Sequence record: LC739536.1 | Length of the DNA: 64,000 nucleotides | Source of the DNA: Escherichia phage phiWec187 | Reading direction: 5' to 3' (one strand) | Shown: in pieces, positions 1 through 8,228 of the stretch | Layout of the letters: each line of letters starts with the position of its first letter | How positions within the stretch are numbered: the stretch's first letter is position 1 | Program-made: the position numbers and the translations under genes | The notes under the pieces: generated by a model | What the model saw: the letters and a program-made list of their open reading frames with translations, nothing else | Told to the model about the DNA's origin: nothing | The model's database searches: none

Positions 1-17
1 ACCTCCACGGTGAACGT

Positions 18-296
18 ATGTCTGAAATTGAAATCAGAAAGATGGTTGACAACTTCAACGCAAATATTACTAACGTAAGTGGTAATCTTGGTCATATCAA
101 AAACACCGATAAATTTAAACCAGTTAAGGCTTGGGTTAATGAAGTCGATTGTTATATTGGTGACGAGTTTGTTGTTGAAGGAACACCACTCGTTAAAATT
201 CAATTCTATGATCCTGAACTGTATGAAGCAAGAAAGAACGGCGTTCTTAAAGGTTTAAGTATTGGTGCAGTAGGATGTAAAGTGAAGAAGGATTAA
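18..296 (+). CDS. hypothetical protein; reading frame stays open to the window edge, so may be the 3' part of a longer upstream head-morphogenesis gene
   Basis: ORF track; no stop codon in frame between position 3 and the ATG at 18; sits immediately upstream of the scaffold-like gene. Confidence 0.3.
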   Translation: MSEIEIRKMVDNFNANITNVSGNLGHIKNTDKFKPVKAWVNEVDCYIGDEFVVEGTPLVKIQFYDPELYEARKNGVLKGLSIGAVGCKVKKD

Positions 297-298
297 TT

Positions 299-1414
299 GT
301 GGCACATACATATCTAGCTGACGTAGACTTTTCGGGTAAAGCTACGGAAGATTCTTGCGGAGCACACATTGCTTACACCTTCGATTTTCAAGGTGGTGCT
401 GCTTCTGGCTTTAATACCCCTCTACTTTTTAAATCTGGTGACAACCCAGACATTAGCTTCACTAAGTTAGAAGCTCTAGAAAAAATGGGTGAAGACGTTA
501 CTGAATTACGTAAATCATATATGAACCAACTTATGGGATCATTATCTGATGCCGTTCGTGAAAAATACGAATCTGGTTGGGATTGGGTTTATGTAGTCGA
601 TGCCGATTTTGATAATGGCATTGTTATTTTCTGTTCTGACTATGGAATGTTCTCTACTGATTTTACTATTAACGGACTTCTTGTTGAAGTTGGTGATGTT
701 GCAAAACCAGTAGTACAAACAACGGACTATGAAGTAGTAGACGGTGATGTTTTAGTTTCCCTGGATTTCTTTGATAACTTGATTGATGATGCTCTAGGTG
801 ATTTAGTTAAGAGCGCAATTAAGTTTGATCACGTAAAAGATTATTTAGTAAAAGCTCACGAAGCTCGTACTAATAAAGACTCTGTGATTGCAGAGGATAA
901 TCCAGCAGATCTTGAATCTGCAAACACAACCGATATAAATAAAGGAGATACCCCTTTGGAAAATATTAACAAAGAAGAATTCCTGAAATCTGCTGAGGTG
1001 CAAGACCTTATTAAAGCACAGATTGCAGAAGCGGTAGAAAAAGCTGCTGCTGAAGCTCGTGCAGAGGCAGAAGCTAAAGCACAGGAAGAAATCAACAAAG
1101 CTAAGGCAGAAGCCGAAGAACTTCGTAAAGCAGAAATTGCTCGTATCGAAGAAGACTATACCAATGTAATTAAGTCTTATGGCTATGTTGAAGAAGACAA
1201 AGTTGAAGCACTTGTTAAATACCTAGTAGATAACAAAGAAATTGCTGAAACTGTTGTTACTGCATTTGAAAAAGCTCGCGAAGAAGTTGAAACAGTTAAG
1301 AAAGAATTTGGCAAAGAAGTAGGTGTTGATGTTGAAAACAAAGAACCTGTTGCTAAATCTGCTTCTGAACTGATTCGTCAAAAAGCTGCTGAACTTAAAA
1401 AAGCCCAGAAATAA
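299..1414 (+). CDS. scaffolding-like head assembly protein
   Basis: GTG start after AAGGA; very acidic, with an Ala/Glu/Lys-rich coiled-coil C-terminal half (AEAVEKAAAEARAEAEAKAQEE...); lies just upstream of decoration and capsid genes. Confidence 0.45.
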   Translation: MAHTYLADVDFSGKATEDSCGAHIAYTFDFQGGAASGFNTPLLFKSGDNPDISFTKLEALEKMGEDVTELRKSYMNQLMGSLSDAVREKYESGWDWVYVVDADFDNGIVIFCSDYGMFSTDFTINGLLVEVGDVAKPVVQTTDYEVVDGDVLVSLDFFDNLIDDALGDLVKSAIKFDHVKDYLVKAHEARTNKDSVIAEDNPADLESANTTDINKGDTPLENINKEEFLKSAEVQDLIKAQIAEAVEKAAAEARAEAEAKAQEEINKAKAEAEELRKAEIARIEEDYTNVIKSYGYVEEDKVEALVKYLVDNKEIAETVVTAFEKAREEVETVKKEFGKEVGVDVENKEPVAKSASELIRQKAAELKKAQK

Positions 1415-1432
1415 TCTAAGGAGATTTAATTA

Positions 1433-1825
1433 ATGGCAACTGGAATTTCTTTATCAAACTACCGCCAGGAATTTGGACACCTTGTTCTGGGTGGAGTATT
1501 TAGTTCTGACCTAGGTCACTGTGTTCGTGAAGTGAACCTGGTTAAAACTGCAACCATGAAAATTGGTTCTGTACTGAAAGCTGACAACACAGAAGCTGCT
1601 TCTGCTGGTGAAGCTGTTAAAGTTCTGCTGTGGACTGACGCACTGTTCGGGATCGATGATGTTGCAGTAGGTGACACTTTCACCGCAGTTGTTGGTGTAC
1701 GTGACCTGACTCTCAACCGTTATGCAGTTTACTACAAGAGTGGTGATCTGATTGATGACGCTGGCGTTGCAGCACTGGAAACTCACGATCTGAAACTGAC
1801 TGAAAAAGTTGTTTTCACTTCTTAA
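1433..1825 (+). CDS. head decoration protein (lambda gpD-like)
   Basis: 130 aa; YYKSGDL segment resembles the FYKSGTF segment of lambda gpD as I recall it; position immediately upstream of major capsid gene. Confidence 0.5.
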   Translation: MATGISLSNYRQEFGHLVLGGVFSSDLGHCVREVNLVKTATMKIGSVLKADNTEAASAGEAVKVLLWTDALFGIDDVAVGDTFTAVVGVRDLTLNRYAVYYKSGDLIDDAGVAALETHDLKLTEKVVFTS

Positions 1826-1846
1826 TTTTTAATAGGAGATTTATAC

Positions 1847-2848
1847 ATGCCAGCTATTATCTTAGATCAGGTTGTTGACTTTAGCCCAATGATTGAGCTA
1901 CAAGAAACTCCTGATACACTTATCGCAAGTCTGAACCTGTTTGATGTTCAGTATCATGCTACCACTGCTATCGAAATTGGCAGACAGAAAAATGCAGATG
2001 GTCTGATCCCAGCACGTGAACGTGGTGGTGAGCGTAACTTCCTGACTATGGACGCTCCAAGCGTTAAAGTCTTCCGTATTCCGTTCTTCCCTCTGGATAA
2101 GAACATTAAGGCACAGGATATTCAATCCTTCCGTAGCTTCGCTATGGGTGGCATCAATGATAACCTGCGTACCGAAGCGGAAGTTGTTAACCGCTATATG
2201 ACTCAAATCCTGCGTGATGTTGCAAAAACTAAAGAAAAAATCTTTGCAGAAGCAGTAATGGGTCGTGCATACAATGGTGTTGGTGGTGCAGCTAACTCTG
2301 CATACAACTGGTACACCGAATGGGGTGCTACCCAGAAATCAGTATCTGTAGATTTCGCTTCTACTACTGTTTCTCCGGCTGCTACCATTGAGCAAGAAGC
2401 TCGTGCATACATCATCGATCAGAAACAAGACGGTTCTACCGCTACTCGTATCGTTGCTCTGTGCTCTCGTGAGTTCTTTGCTTCTCTGGTTAACTCTCCG
2501 TTTGTTCGCCAGGCTTATCAATACTTCCAAGGTACTCCGAACCTTCTGCGTGACCGCCTAAGCGGTAATATGGACGTTCAGGTATTCGAATGGAATGGTG
2601 TAACCTACATCGAAGATATCCACGGTAACATCCCTGCTGGTGAAGCGTTTGTTCTGCCAATGGGTATCCCAGATATGTTCCAGGCGCACTATGCTCCAGC
2701 GGATACTCCAGAACTGGCTAACACTGTTGCTCGTGATCTGTATACCTTTATGGTATCTGAACACCGCACTGTACAGCTACAGTCTGAATTCTCCCTGCTG
2801 GCGGTTAACACCCGTCCAGAACTGGTAGTTAAACTGACTACTGCTTAA
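1847..2848 (+). CDS. major capsid protein (lambda gpE-like family)
   Basis: 333 aa, size and position after the decoration gene; strong RBS AGGAGA; followed by a strong terminator, typical of a highly expressed capsid gene. Confidence 0.6.
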   Translation: MPAIILDQVVDFSPMIELQETPDTLIASLNLFDVQYHATTAIEIGRQKNADGLIPARERGGERNFLTMDAPSVKVFRIPFFPLDKNIKAQDIQSFRSFAMGGINDNLRTEAEVVNRYMTQILRDVAKTKEKIFAEAVMGRAYNGVGGAANSAYNWYTEWGATQKSVSVDFASTTVSPAATIEQEARAYIIDQKQDGSTATRIVALCSREFFASLVNSPFVRQAYQYFQGTPNLLRDRLSGNMDVQVFEWNGVTYIEDIHGNIPAGEAFVLPMGIPDMFQAHYAPADTPELANTVARDLYTFMVSEHRTVQLQSEFSLLAVNTRPELVVKLTTA

Positions 2849-2866
2849 TCCTTAACGGGATTCTAA

Positions 2867-2898
2867 AAAGCCTGCCCCTTGCGGGTGGGCTTTTTTAT
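2867..2898 (+). terminator. rho-independent terminator after capsid gene
   Basis: GC-rich stem (gcctgcccc / gggtgggc) followed by ttttttat. Confidence 0.6.
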
Positions 2899-2915
2899 TA
2901 TGTGTCCCACTAACA

Positions 2916-3284
2916 ATGAGAGGAAACACGATTATGGGTAACGCTGTACTGAAAACATATTTTAGCTACCATGAAATGATTATGGATTTTGCTTCACTAT
3001 CTCCTGCATTAGATGCAGGTAAGACACTTAGTGTTGCTCCACCTATGTCATTCTATACTACAGATGGTAGAGTAGCCCTTGGCGGTAACTTTATTCACTT
3101 CTTAGTTCGTCTACGTGAAGAGACAGGAATTCAGGTTCATCCTTTCGGAAGTGAAGAACATCCTGGATACTATCTCGTTAGCTACGAAGAGTATGCACCA
3201 GTAGAATTAAAAACGCAAGATAAAATTGAAGTTAAAGCAGTAGACACACCAGCAAAGAAACGTGCACAGCGCACTAAAAAGTAA
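2916..3284 (+). CDS. hypothetical protein (head-tail joining region)
   Basis: ORF with RBS; position between capsid and sheath genes. Confidence 0.3.
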   Translation: MRGNTIMGNAVLKTYFSYHEMIMDFASLSPALDAGKTLSVAPPMSFYTTDGRVALGGNFIHFLVRLREETGIQVHPFGSEEHPGYYLVSYEEYAPVELKTQDKIEVKAVDTPAKKRAQRTKK

Positions 3285-3296
3285 TAGGAGGTTTAC

Positions 3297-3845
3297 ATGC
3301 TTATAGCTAGTGACCTTGTACCTATGATCCGCATATTGGTATTTAACCCTTCACAAGAAACACTTCCTGATGCAATGATTGAACAAATCATTCAAACGTG
3401 GATAGATGTGCTAGGGAATGATGATGCCAATAAATGTGCTGTACTGTGGAACAGTCTGATCTCTGTACTTGAATACTTGTGGAATACAGACGTACTAAAT
3501 CATAATACACAAACAGGTGGTGCTCTTTCTAGAAAAGAGAAAGTTGGCGAAGTACAGGTTGAAGTAACCTTTGGTACTGGACAGACAGAATACATTTCAC
3601 CTTGGGAAAATATCTATAAAGGATATCTTGATGGTGATATGATGATACCTGGTTGTACTTCTGGTAGAGGTGTAACGAGTAAAGTATTAGTTGGTGGTGT
3701 TGATGCTCGCGAAATTGATCGTGTCAACAGTGATCCTAATTCAGTAAATGGTTTAGGTGGTGTTGGTAGTGTAGATCGACATACGAGAAATATCAAATAT
3801 ACCAGAAACTATGGCCCCATTGGTTACTACAGAAGGGATAAATAA
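3297..3845 (+). CDS. hypothetical structural protein (head-tail joining region)
   Basis: ORF with RBS AGGAGG; gene order. Confidence 0.3.
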   Translation: MLIASDLVPMIRILVFNPSQETLPDAMIEQIIQTWIDVLGNDDANKCAVLWNSLISVLEYLWNTDVLNHNTQTGGALSRKEKVGEVQVEVTFGTGQTEYISPWENIYKGYLDGDMMIPGCTSGRGVTSKVLVGGVDAREIDRVNSDPNSVNGLGGVGSVDRHTRNIKYTRNYGPIGYYRRDK

Positions 3846-4333
3846 TGAAATGTGAGATCACACGTGGCGATGATATGTCGTTAGATGAATATTTTATTAA
3901 AATGCTGGCTCTAGATAATATAGAAATAGATGCTGGTTTTCTTACTGCTGTTCGCCATCCAGAATCAGATCTCACTATCCCTGCAATTGCTGCCATACAA
4001 CAGTTTGGTAATGAAACAAACAATACTCCTGCACGTCCGTTTTTAACGGACGGTGCAGTCCATGCCAGTAAAGAAATACCTAAGCATTTTGAAGAAGTGT
4101 TTAGAAATTATTTACTTCGTGGAAGGGGTTTAGCTGCCTTTGAACCTATTGCAAAAGTTTCACGAGAATCTATTGCTAAAGCGATTGCTCTGCAACGTTA
4201 TAGACCGCTATCTCCTGTGACTATTAAAATCCGTAGAGATAAAGGTAACTACTCTTCTCATATTCTTATTGATACTGGACACTTAATTAACAGTATCGAA
4301 TCAGAAATCAAGAAGGGTCGTTCTAAAAAATAA
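3845..4333 (+). CDS. hypothetical structural protein (head-tail joining region)
   Basis: start overlaps the upstream stop (ATGA); gene order. Confidence 0.3.
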   Translation: MKCEITRGDDMSLDEYFIKMLALDNIEIDAGFLTAVRHPESDLTIPAIAAIQQFGNETNNTPARPFLTDGAVHASKEIPKHFEEVFRNYLLRGRGLAAFEPIAKVSRESIAKAIALQRYRPLSPVTIKIRRDKGNYSSHILIDTGHLINSIESEIKKGRSKK

Positions 4334-4334
4334 C

Positions 4335-4363
4335 TTGCAATAAGTCTGTTTTTGATGTATACT
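4335..4363 (+). promoter_or_regulatory. sigma70-like promoter (TTGCAA, 17 nt spacer, TATACT)
   Basis: -35 ttgcaa at 4335-4340, 17-nt spacer, -10 tatact at 4358-4363, upstream of the RBS/ATG at 4378. Confidence 0.35.
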
Positions 4364-4377
4364 AAAAAGGAGATACA

Positions 4378-4794
4378 ATGCTATTAGACCAATTTACTCT
4401 CCTTGATCTTACAACGTATCAGGGTCGTAAAAGAACCTATGTTCAAGATCCTGATTCGCCAATTTCCAATATGGGTAATACAGTAGCATACGAAGACTTT
4501 ACAATAGAGGCTGCAAGTTTGCAACCAATATCAGGTAGAACACTTCAAGCACTGCCAGAAGGATACAGATCTAAGGCACAATATAGCTTCTGGACAAAAA
4601 CAGAAATCAGAGGCATTCAGCAAGGATCAGATCAATTATCTGACCAAATACTAATAGATGGACAATGGTTTTCCATTTATTCTTTGAAAGACTGGACAAG
4701 AACATCTTTCTTAATACACACACATTGTGTTGCTATTCTAGATGACCAGAATAACACCTATTCTTATTCTGAGGAGGGTGGTAATTTTGGCTAA
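4378..4794 (+). CDS. hypothetical structural protein
   Basis: RBS AAAGGAGA then ATG; gene order. Confidence 0.3.
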   Translation: MLLDQFTLLDLTTYQGRKRTYVQDPDSPISNMGNTVAYEDFTIEAASLQPISGRTLQALPEGYRSKAQYSFWTKTEIRGIQQGSDQLSDQILIDGQWFSIYSLKDWTRTSFLIHTHCVAILDDQNNTYSYSEEGGNFG

Positions 4795-5443
4795 TATCTA
4801 TGAACAAATTGAATTGTATGAAAATACGATATTATTAAATATCGCTAAGTTCTTACAAAGACTCGTGGGGCTTCCGGTTTATGTTATGGATAAGCCATTT
4901 GTTAAACCAACAACCCCATATCTGACATTACGTATTGTATCATCTGATGATTCAGGTGGTTGGTCACAAAAATATTCTTTTAGTGAAGATGCGTTTTCAT
5001 ATCTAATGGACAATAAGTATGAAATAGAACTTATGGCTTTTAGAGGAAGACCAATGACACTTTTAAGTTATGTTCTTGCGGCACTTCGTGGTGCAGATGA
5101 ATTAAAATACCAGTATCTTTATTCCAAAGGTATTAGCTTCTTGTCTGCAACAAATGTTGCACAGGCTAACACTGTTCTGGATGGAGATAAAACTGAACAA
5201 AGAGCGAGAATATTTCTTACATTCAATACTACGATGGTTATTGAGGATTTAGTAACTACCGAAATTGAAGCAATTAATATGAACATTCATTCGTTCAGAG
5301 ATGATTACGATGATCCTACTCCAATAGATCTTCCTTTGGATAAGATTTACATTGTTGCTCACAGAAGTAAAACCTATTACTTTACGACGACTGATGATGG
5401 ATCATTAATTAAGTATATCCCAACGGATAATTCATTGGAATAA
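4787..5443 (+). CDS. hypothetical structural protein; start re-assigned to TTG at 4787
   Basis: ORF track starts at 4742 inside the upstream gene; GAGGAGGG RBS 8 nt upstream of TTG 4787 gives a more plausible start with an 8-nt overlap. Confidence 0.3.
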   Translation: MANIYEQIELYENTILLNIAKFLQRLVGLPVYVMDKPFVKPTTPYLTLRIVSSDDSGGWSQKYSFSEDAFSYLMDNKYEIELMAFRGRPMTLLSYVLAALRGADELKYQYLYSKGISFLSATNVAQANTVLDGDKTEQRARIFLTFNTTMVIEDLVTTEIEAINMNIHSFRDDYDDPTPIDLPLDKIYIVAHRSKTYYFTTTDDGSLIKYIPTDNSLE

Positions 5444-5463
5444 AGTTTCTAACAGGAGCATAA

Positions 5464-6870
5464 ATGGCAACTTTTCGTGATAAGGTAGTTTCCGTAACCC
5501 TTACCTACGGTGCTACTTCAATTAGTGAAACACAGTTTGATATCCCTCTAATTCTTACAGGGCATAACGTTACTGGCAATCTTGTAGATTATTTCACTTC
5601 TTCAGACGCACTTCTGCAAGCAGGTTTTGGCACTGCCGATCCAGCTTATAAAATGGCAAAACTACTATTTGACGGTCTGTTCGCACCAGAACAAGTTATC
5701 GTCGGTAAGCGTGATGTTTCTAAAACGACTCTAACTCCAGTAGTTGAAGATAGTGCAACTTACGTTATCACTATTAAAGCAAATTCAAAAAGCAAGGACT
5801 TCAAGTTTGTTGCCGATGATACTGCAACTGCTCAAGAGATTGTTGTTGGTTTAACAGAAATGATCAACGCAGACGTAGTGTATAAAGAATTTTTCACTGT
5901 GTCAAACGATGGTAGTGTTATCACTGTAACCCCAGTTGCAGGTAAATACGCTACTATGGATAGTTCAGGATTCACAACTAACGTAGAATATGCAAATGAT
6001 ATCTTAGAAGATATTGCTAAAATTGCAGACTATGAAAACAGTTGGTTCTGGTTACTATCTGATTCTCACGCAGAACAAGATATTATCGATCTAGCAGGTT
6101 ATGTAGAAGAGCACGATAAAGTGTACTTCTTCTCTACCTCGCAACCAGGTGTTCTAACTAAAGAAGAAGATAACATTCTAGAACGCTTAGGTGATATGGG
6201 CTACAATAACACTTGTATGGCATTGTGGATGACTAACGCTGATACAGTGTTCCCAGAAGCTGCTGTAGTTGGTTCTATCTGCTCTGCAACACCAGGTACT
6301 ACTACCTTGCATGGTAAAACCCTTGTTGGTATCGAGATTGAAAAACTTGGTCAGACAGCAGAAAACTTTATCGTTCAACAGAATGGTAATATTTACCGTA
6401 AAGAACACGGTGTTCTGTTCTACCGTGATGGCTTCATGGTAAGTGGTTTCTATGTTGACTATGTGGTACACGCTCTGTGGTTCAAAGCTCGCGTAGAAGA
6501 ATCTCTGTTCGCTCTATTCAAACAGCAATCTATGCTTGGTAGTGGTGTTAGAGCAACTTCTGCTGGTCTTGCTTTGATTCGTCAGGCTGTTACTGCAAAC
6601 CCAATCCAAGTAGGTATTAACAATGGTTCTATTGCCAATGAGGTAGTAACTTCAGAGGAAACAGGACTTCTGGTAAGCCTTAAACCTACTATCTATATCC
6701 CATCTCGTGCAGATATGACTGATGCTCAAATCAATGCACGTTTGGTTGATGGTATGGTTATTGAATACGTATATGCTGGATTCTTCCACTATGTTAAAGT
6801 GCAGGTAAACGTTCTGACGAACCGCACTGCAAATAGCCAGAATTCCAATAGCTCTACTGTATCTTCATAA
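5464..6870 (+). CDS. tail sheath protein (contractile tail)
   Basis: 468 aa; position immediately upstream of tube, chaperone pair and tape measure; size typical of sheath proteins. Confidence 0.55.
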   Translation: MATFRDKVVSVTLTYGATSISETQFDIPLILTGHNVTGNLVDYFTSSDALLQAGFGTADPAYKMAKLLFDGLFAPEQVIVGKRDVSKTTLTPVVEDSATYVITIKANSKSKDFKFVADDTATAQEIVVGLTEMINADVVYKEFFTVSNDGSVITVTPVAGKYATMDSSGFTTNVEYANDILEDIAKIADYENSWFWLLSDSHAEQDIIDLAGYVEEHDKVYFFSTSQPGVLTKEEDNILERLGDMGYNNTCMALWMTNADTVFPEAAVVGSICSATPGTTTLHGKTLVGIEIEKLGQTAENFIVQQNGNIYRKEHGVLFYRDGFMVSGFYVDYVVHALWFKARVEESLFALFKQQSMLGSGVRATSAGLALIRQAVTANPIQVGINNGSIANEVVTSEETGLLVSLKPTIYIPSRADMTDAQINARLVDGMVIEYVYAGFFHYVKVQVNVLTNRTANSQNSNSSTVSS

Positions 6871-6877
6871 TTAAAAG

Positions 6878-6897
6878 CAGCGGGGGAAACCCCGCTT
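6878..6897 (+). terminator. hairpin (partial terminator or attenuator) between sheath and tube genes
   Basis: stem agcgggg / ccccgct with gaaa loop; weak T tract. Confidence 0.4.
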
Positions 6898-6928
6898 ATA
6901 TGAAAAGTAGTATAAAAGGAGATCCACT

Positions 6929-7408
6929 TTGGATAAAATGCTTACTGGCGTAATGGCCTATGATCCTTCTCAAGTAATCCTGTCTTTGGGTGGTTGGGAA
7001 CCTTGGGGTTTCGCCGCAGATACCAAAATTGTTATTAACAAAACTAACGATATCATCAACCCATATTCAGGTACTGATGGTGACGTTTCCTTGGCTCTTA
7101 GTCGTAACCGTTTAGGTACGCTAACAATGTCACTGCAACGTACTTCCCCAGCAAACGAAGTTCTTGCTGCTTATGCACAAACGATGTATTCTACTCGTCA
7201 AGTAGCATTTAGCGTATATCTAGAAGACCCTCGCGGATATTATATCAGCACAATTGGTTGGATTCAAAGCCAACCGGACGACACTATTGGTGAAACTATT
7301 CAAGAAAACCAATGGGTAATTGGTCTTAAAGATGCAAGCCTACTTCGTTCTACTGTAGGTGTTGGTGTTAACGCACTTAACTCTATTAGTGCTCTAACTA
7401 TTCAGTAA
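6929..7408 (+). CDS. tail tube protein
   Basis: 159 aa, directly downstream of sheath; followed by a terminator. Confidence 0.5.
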   Translation: MDKMLTGVMAYDPSQVILSLGGWEPWGFAADTKIVINKTNDIINPYSGTDGDVSLALSRNRLGTLTMSLQRTSPANEVLAAYAQTMYSTRQVAFSVYLEDPRGYYISTIGWIQSQPDDTIGETIQENQWVIGLKDASLLRSTVGVGVNALNSISALTIQ

Positions 7409-7411
7409 CAA

Positions 7412-7437
7412 AAAGGGCAGAAATGCCCTTTATTTTT
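7412..7437 (+). terminator. rho-independent terminator after tube gene
   Basis: stem agggca / tgccct then tatttttaaa. Confidence 0.55.
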
Positions 7438-7451
7438 AAAGAGAGGAAATA

Positions 7452-7934
7452 ATGGAACAACAAAAAGATAATACTATTGCAAAATTTGCTCGTCCAGAAG
7501 TAATGGTTGAAATTGATCTGGATGAAGGACGCAGTGTAAAATTTAGAGTTCTCAAGTGGAGTCCAACTAAAGTTTTTGAAAGGATTCCAGAACTAGGTAG
7601 TGTACTAGCTGTTCCTATGACAATGTATAATACTGCTCTTATGTCAGCAGACGAAGATCTAGAAGCTCGTATTGCTATGGCGCTGATCCAATTATTCAGT
7701 GGTCTGGAAGAAAAAAACTTAGCCGCATTCTTACGTAAAATTTTAGATGAAGTTTACACAGAAGCAGGTCACAGTGTTTCCGATAATTTTGATGAATTGT
7801 TTTTTGCTCACCCAGAATTAGTTGTTGACTTAGCTGCAAAAGTTCTTGAGGTGAACTATGCCCCTTTTTTCAAACGAGGTTTCGGAAAACTGTTGACCCA
7901 ATTTCAAGGAATAGAGACTCTAGCGAAGAGTTAA
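7452..7934 (+). CDS. tail assembly chaperone (upstream frame)
   Basis: 160 aa between tube and tape measure; contains a slippery heptamer near its 3' end. Confidence 0.5.
   Translation: MEQQKDNTIAKFARPEVMVEIDLDEGRSVKFRVLKWSPTKVFERIPELGSVLAVPMTMYNTALMSADEDLEARIAMALIQLFSGLEEKNLAAFLRKILDEVYTEAGHSVSDNFDELFFAHPELVVDLAAKVLEVNYAPFFKRGFGKLLTQFQGIETLAKS
7865..7871 (+). other. candidate programmed -1 ribosomal frameshift site T_TTT_TTC
   Basis: heptamer in X_XXY_YYZ register of the 7452 frame; the -1 frame is open from 7871 to the stop at 8209. Confidence 0.45.
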
Positions 7935-7981
7935 GTCCGGCAATTAAATCAGCAATTGAAATTGCCTCACAAACCCTTAGC

Positions 7982-8209
7982 TTGACATGGTATGAAGTAA
8001 TTCTTTGTAAGGTAATTAAGAATACCTCCGAAACCTTGTCCTCATTAGATAATTATGGTGTAGATTATCTACTTAAAATTTATGAATATTTAACATTTGA
8101 AGACTATGTACAAGATCTTCACGTTAAAGATGCGGATATTAAACGTGGTCAACAGAGAACAATAAGAGAACTGGATACGGCTATGAAAAAATTAATTCCA
8201 GATTCATAA
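7982..8209 (+). CDS. tail assembly chaperone -1 frame extension (probably expressed only as a frameshift fusion 7452..7870/7871..8209)
   Basis: frame is -1 relative to the 7452 ORF and open back to the slippery site; analogous to lambda G/GT. Confidence 0.4.
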   Translation: MTWYEVILCKVIKNTSETLSSLDNYGVDYLLKIYEYLTFEDYVQDLHVKDADIKRGQQRTIRELDTAMKKLIPDS

Positions 8210-8228
8210 GTAATACGGAGGATTACCC

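Noticed and set aside
856-1098. 80-aa - strand ORF inside the scaffold-like gene
   Set aside because: Antisense to a coding region that is consistent on the + strand; Ala/Ser-rich translation is the complement of the Ala/Glu-rich coiled-coil; no RBS.
1511-1786. Two overlapping - strand ORFs (91 and 66 aa) inside the decoration gene
   Set aside because: Antisense shadow ORFs within a gene supported by position and motif; no start signals.
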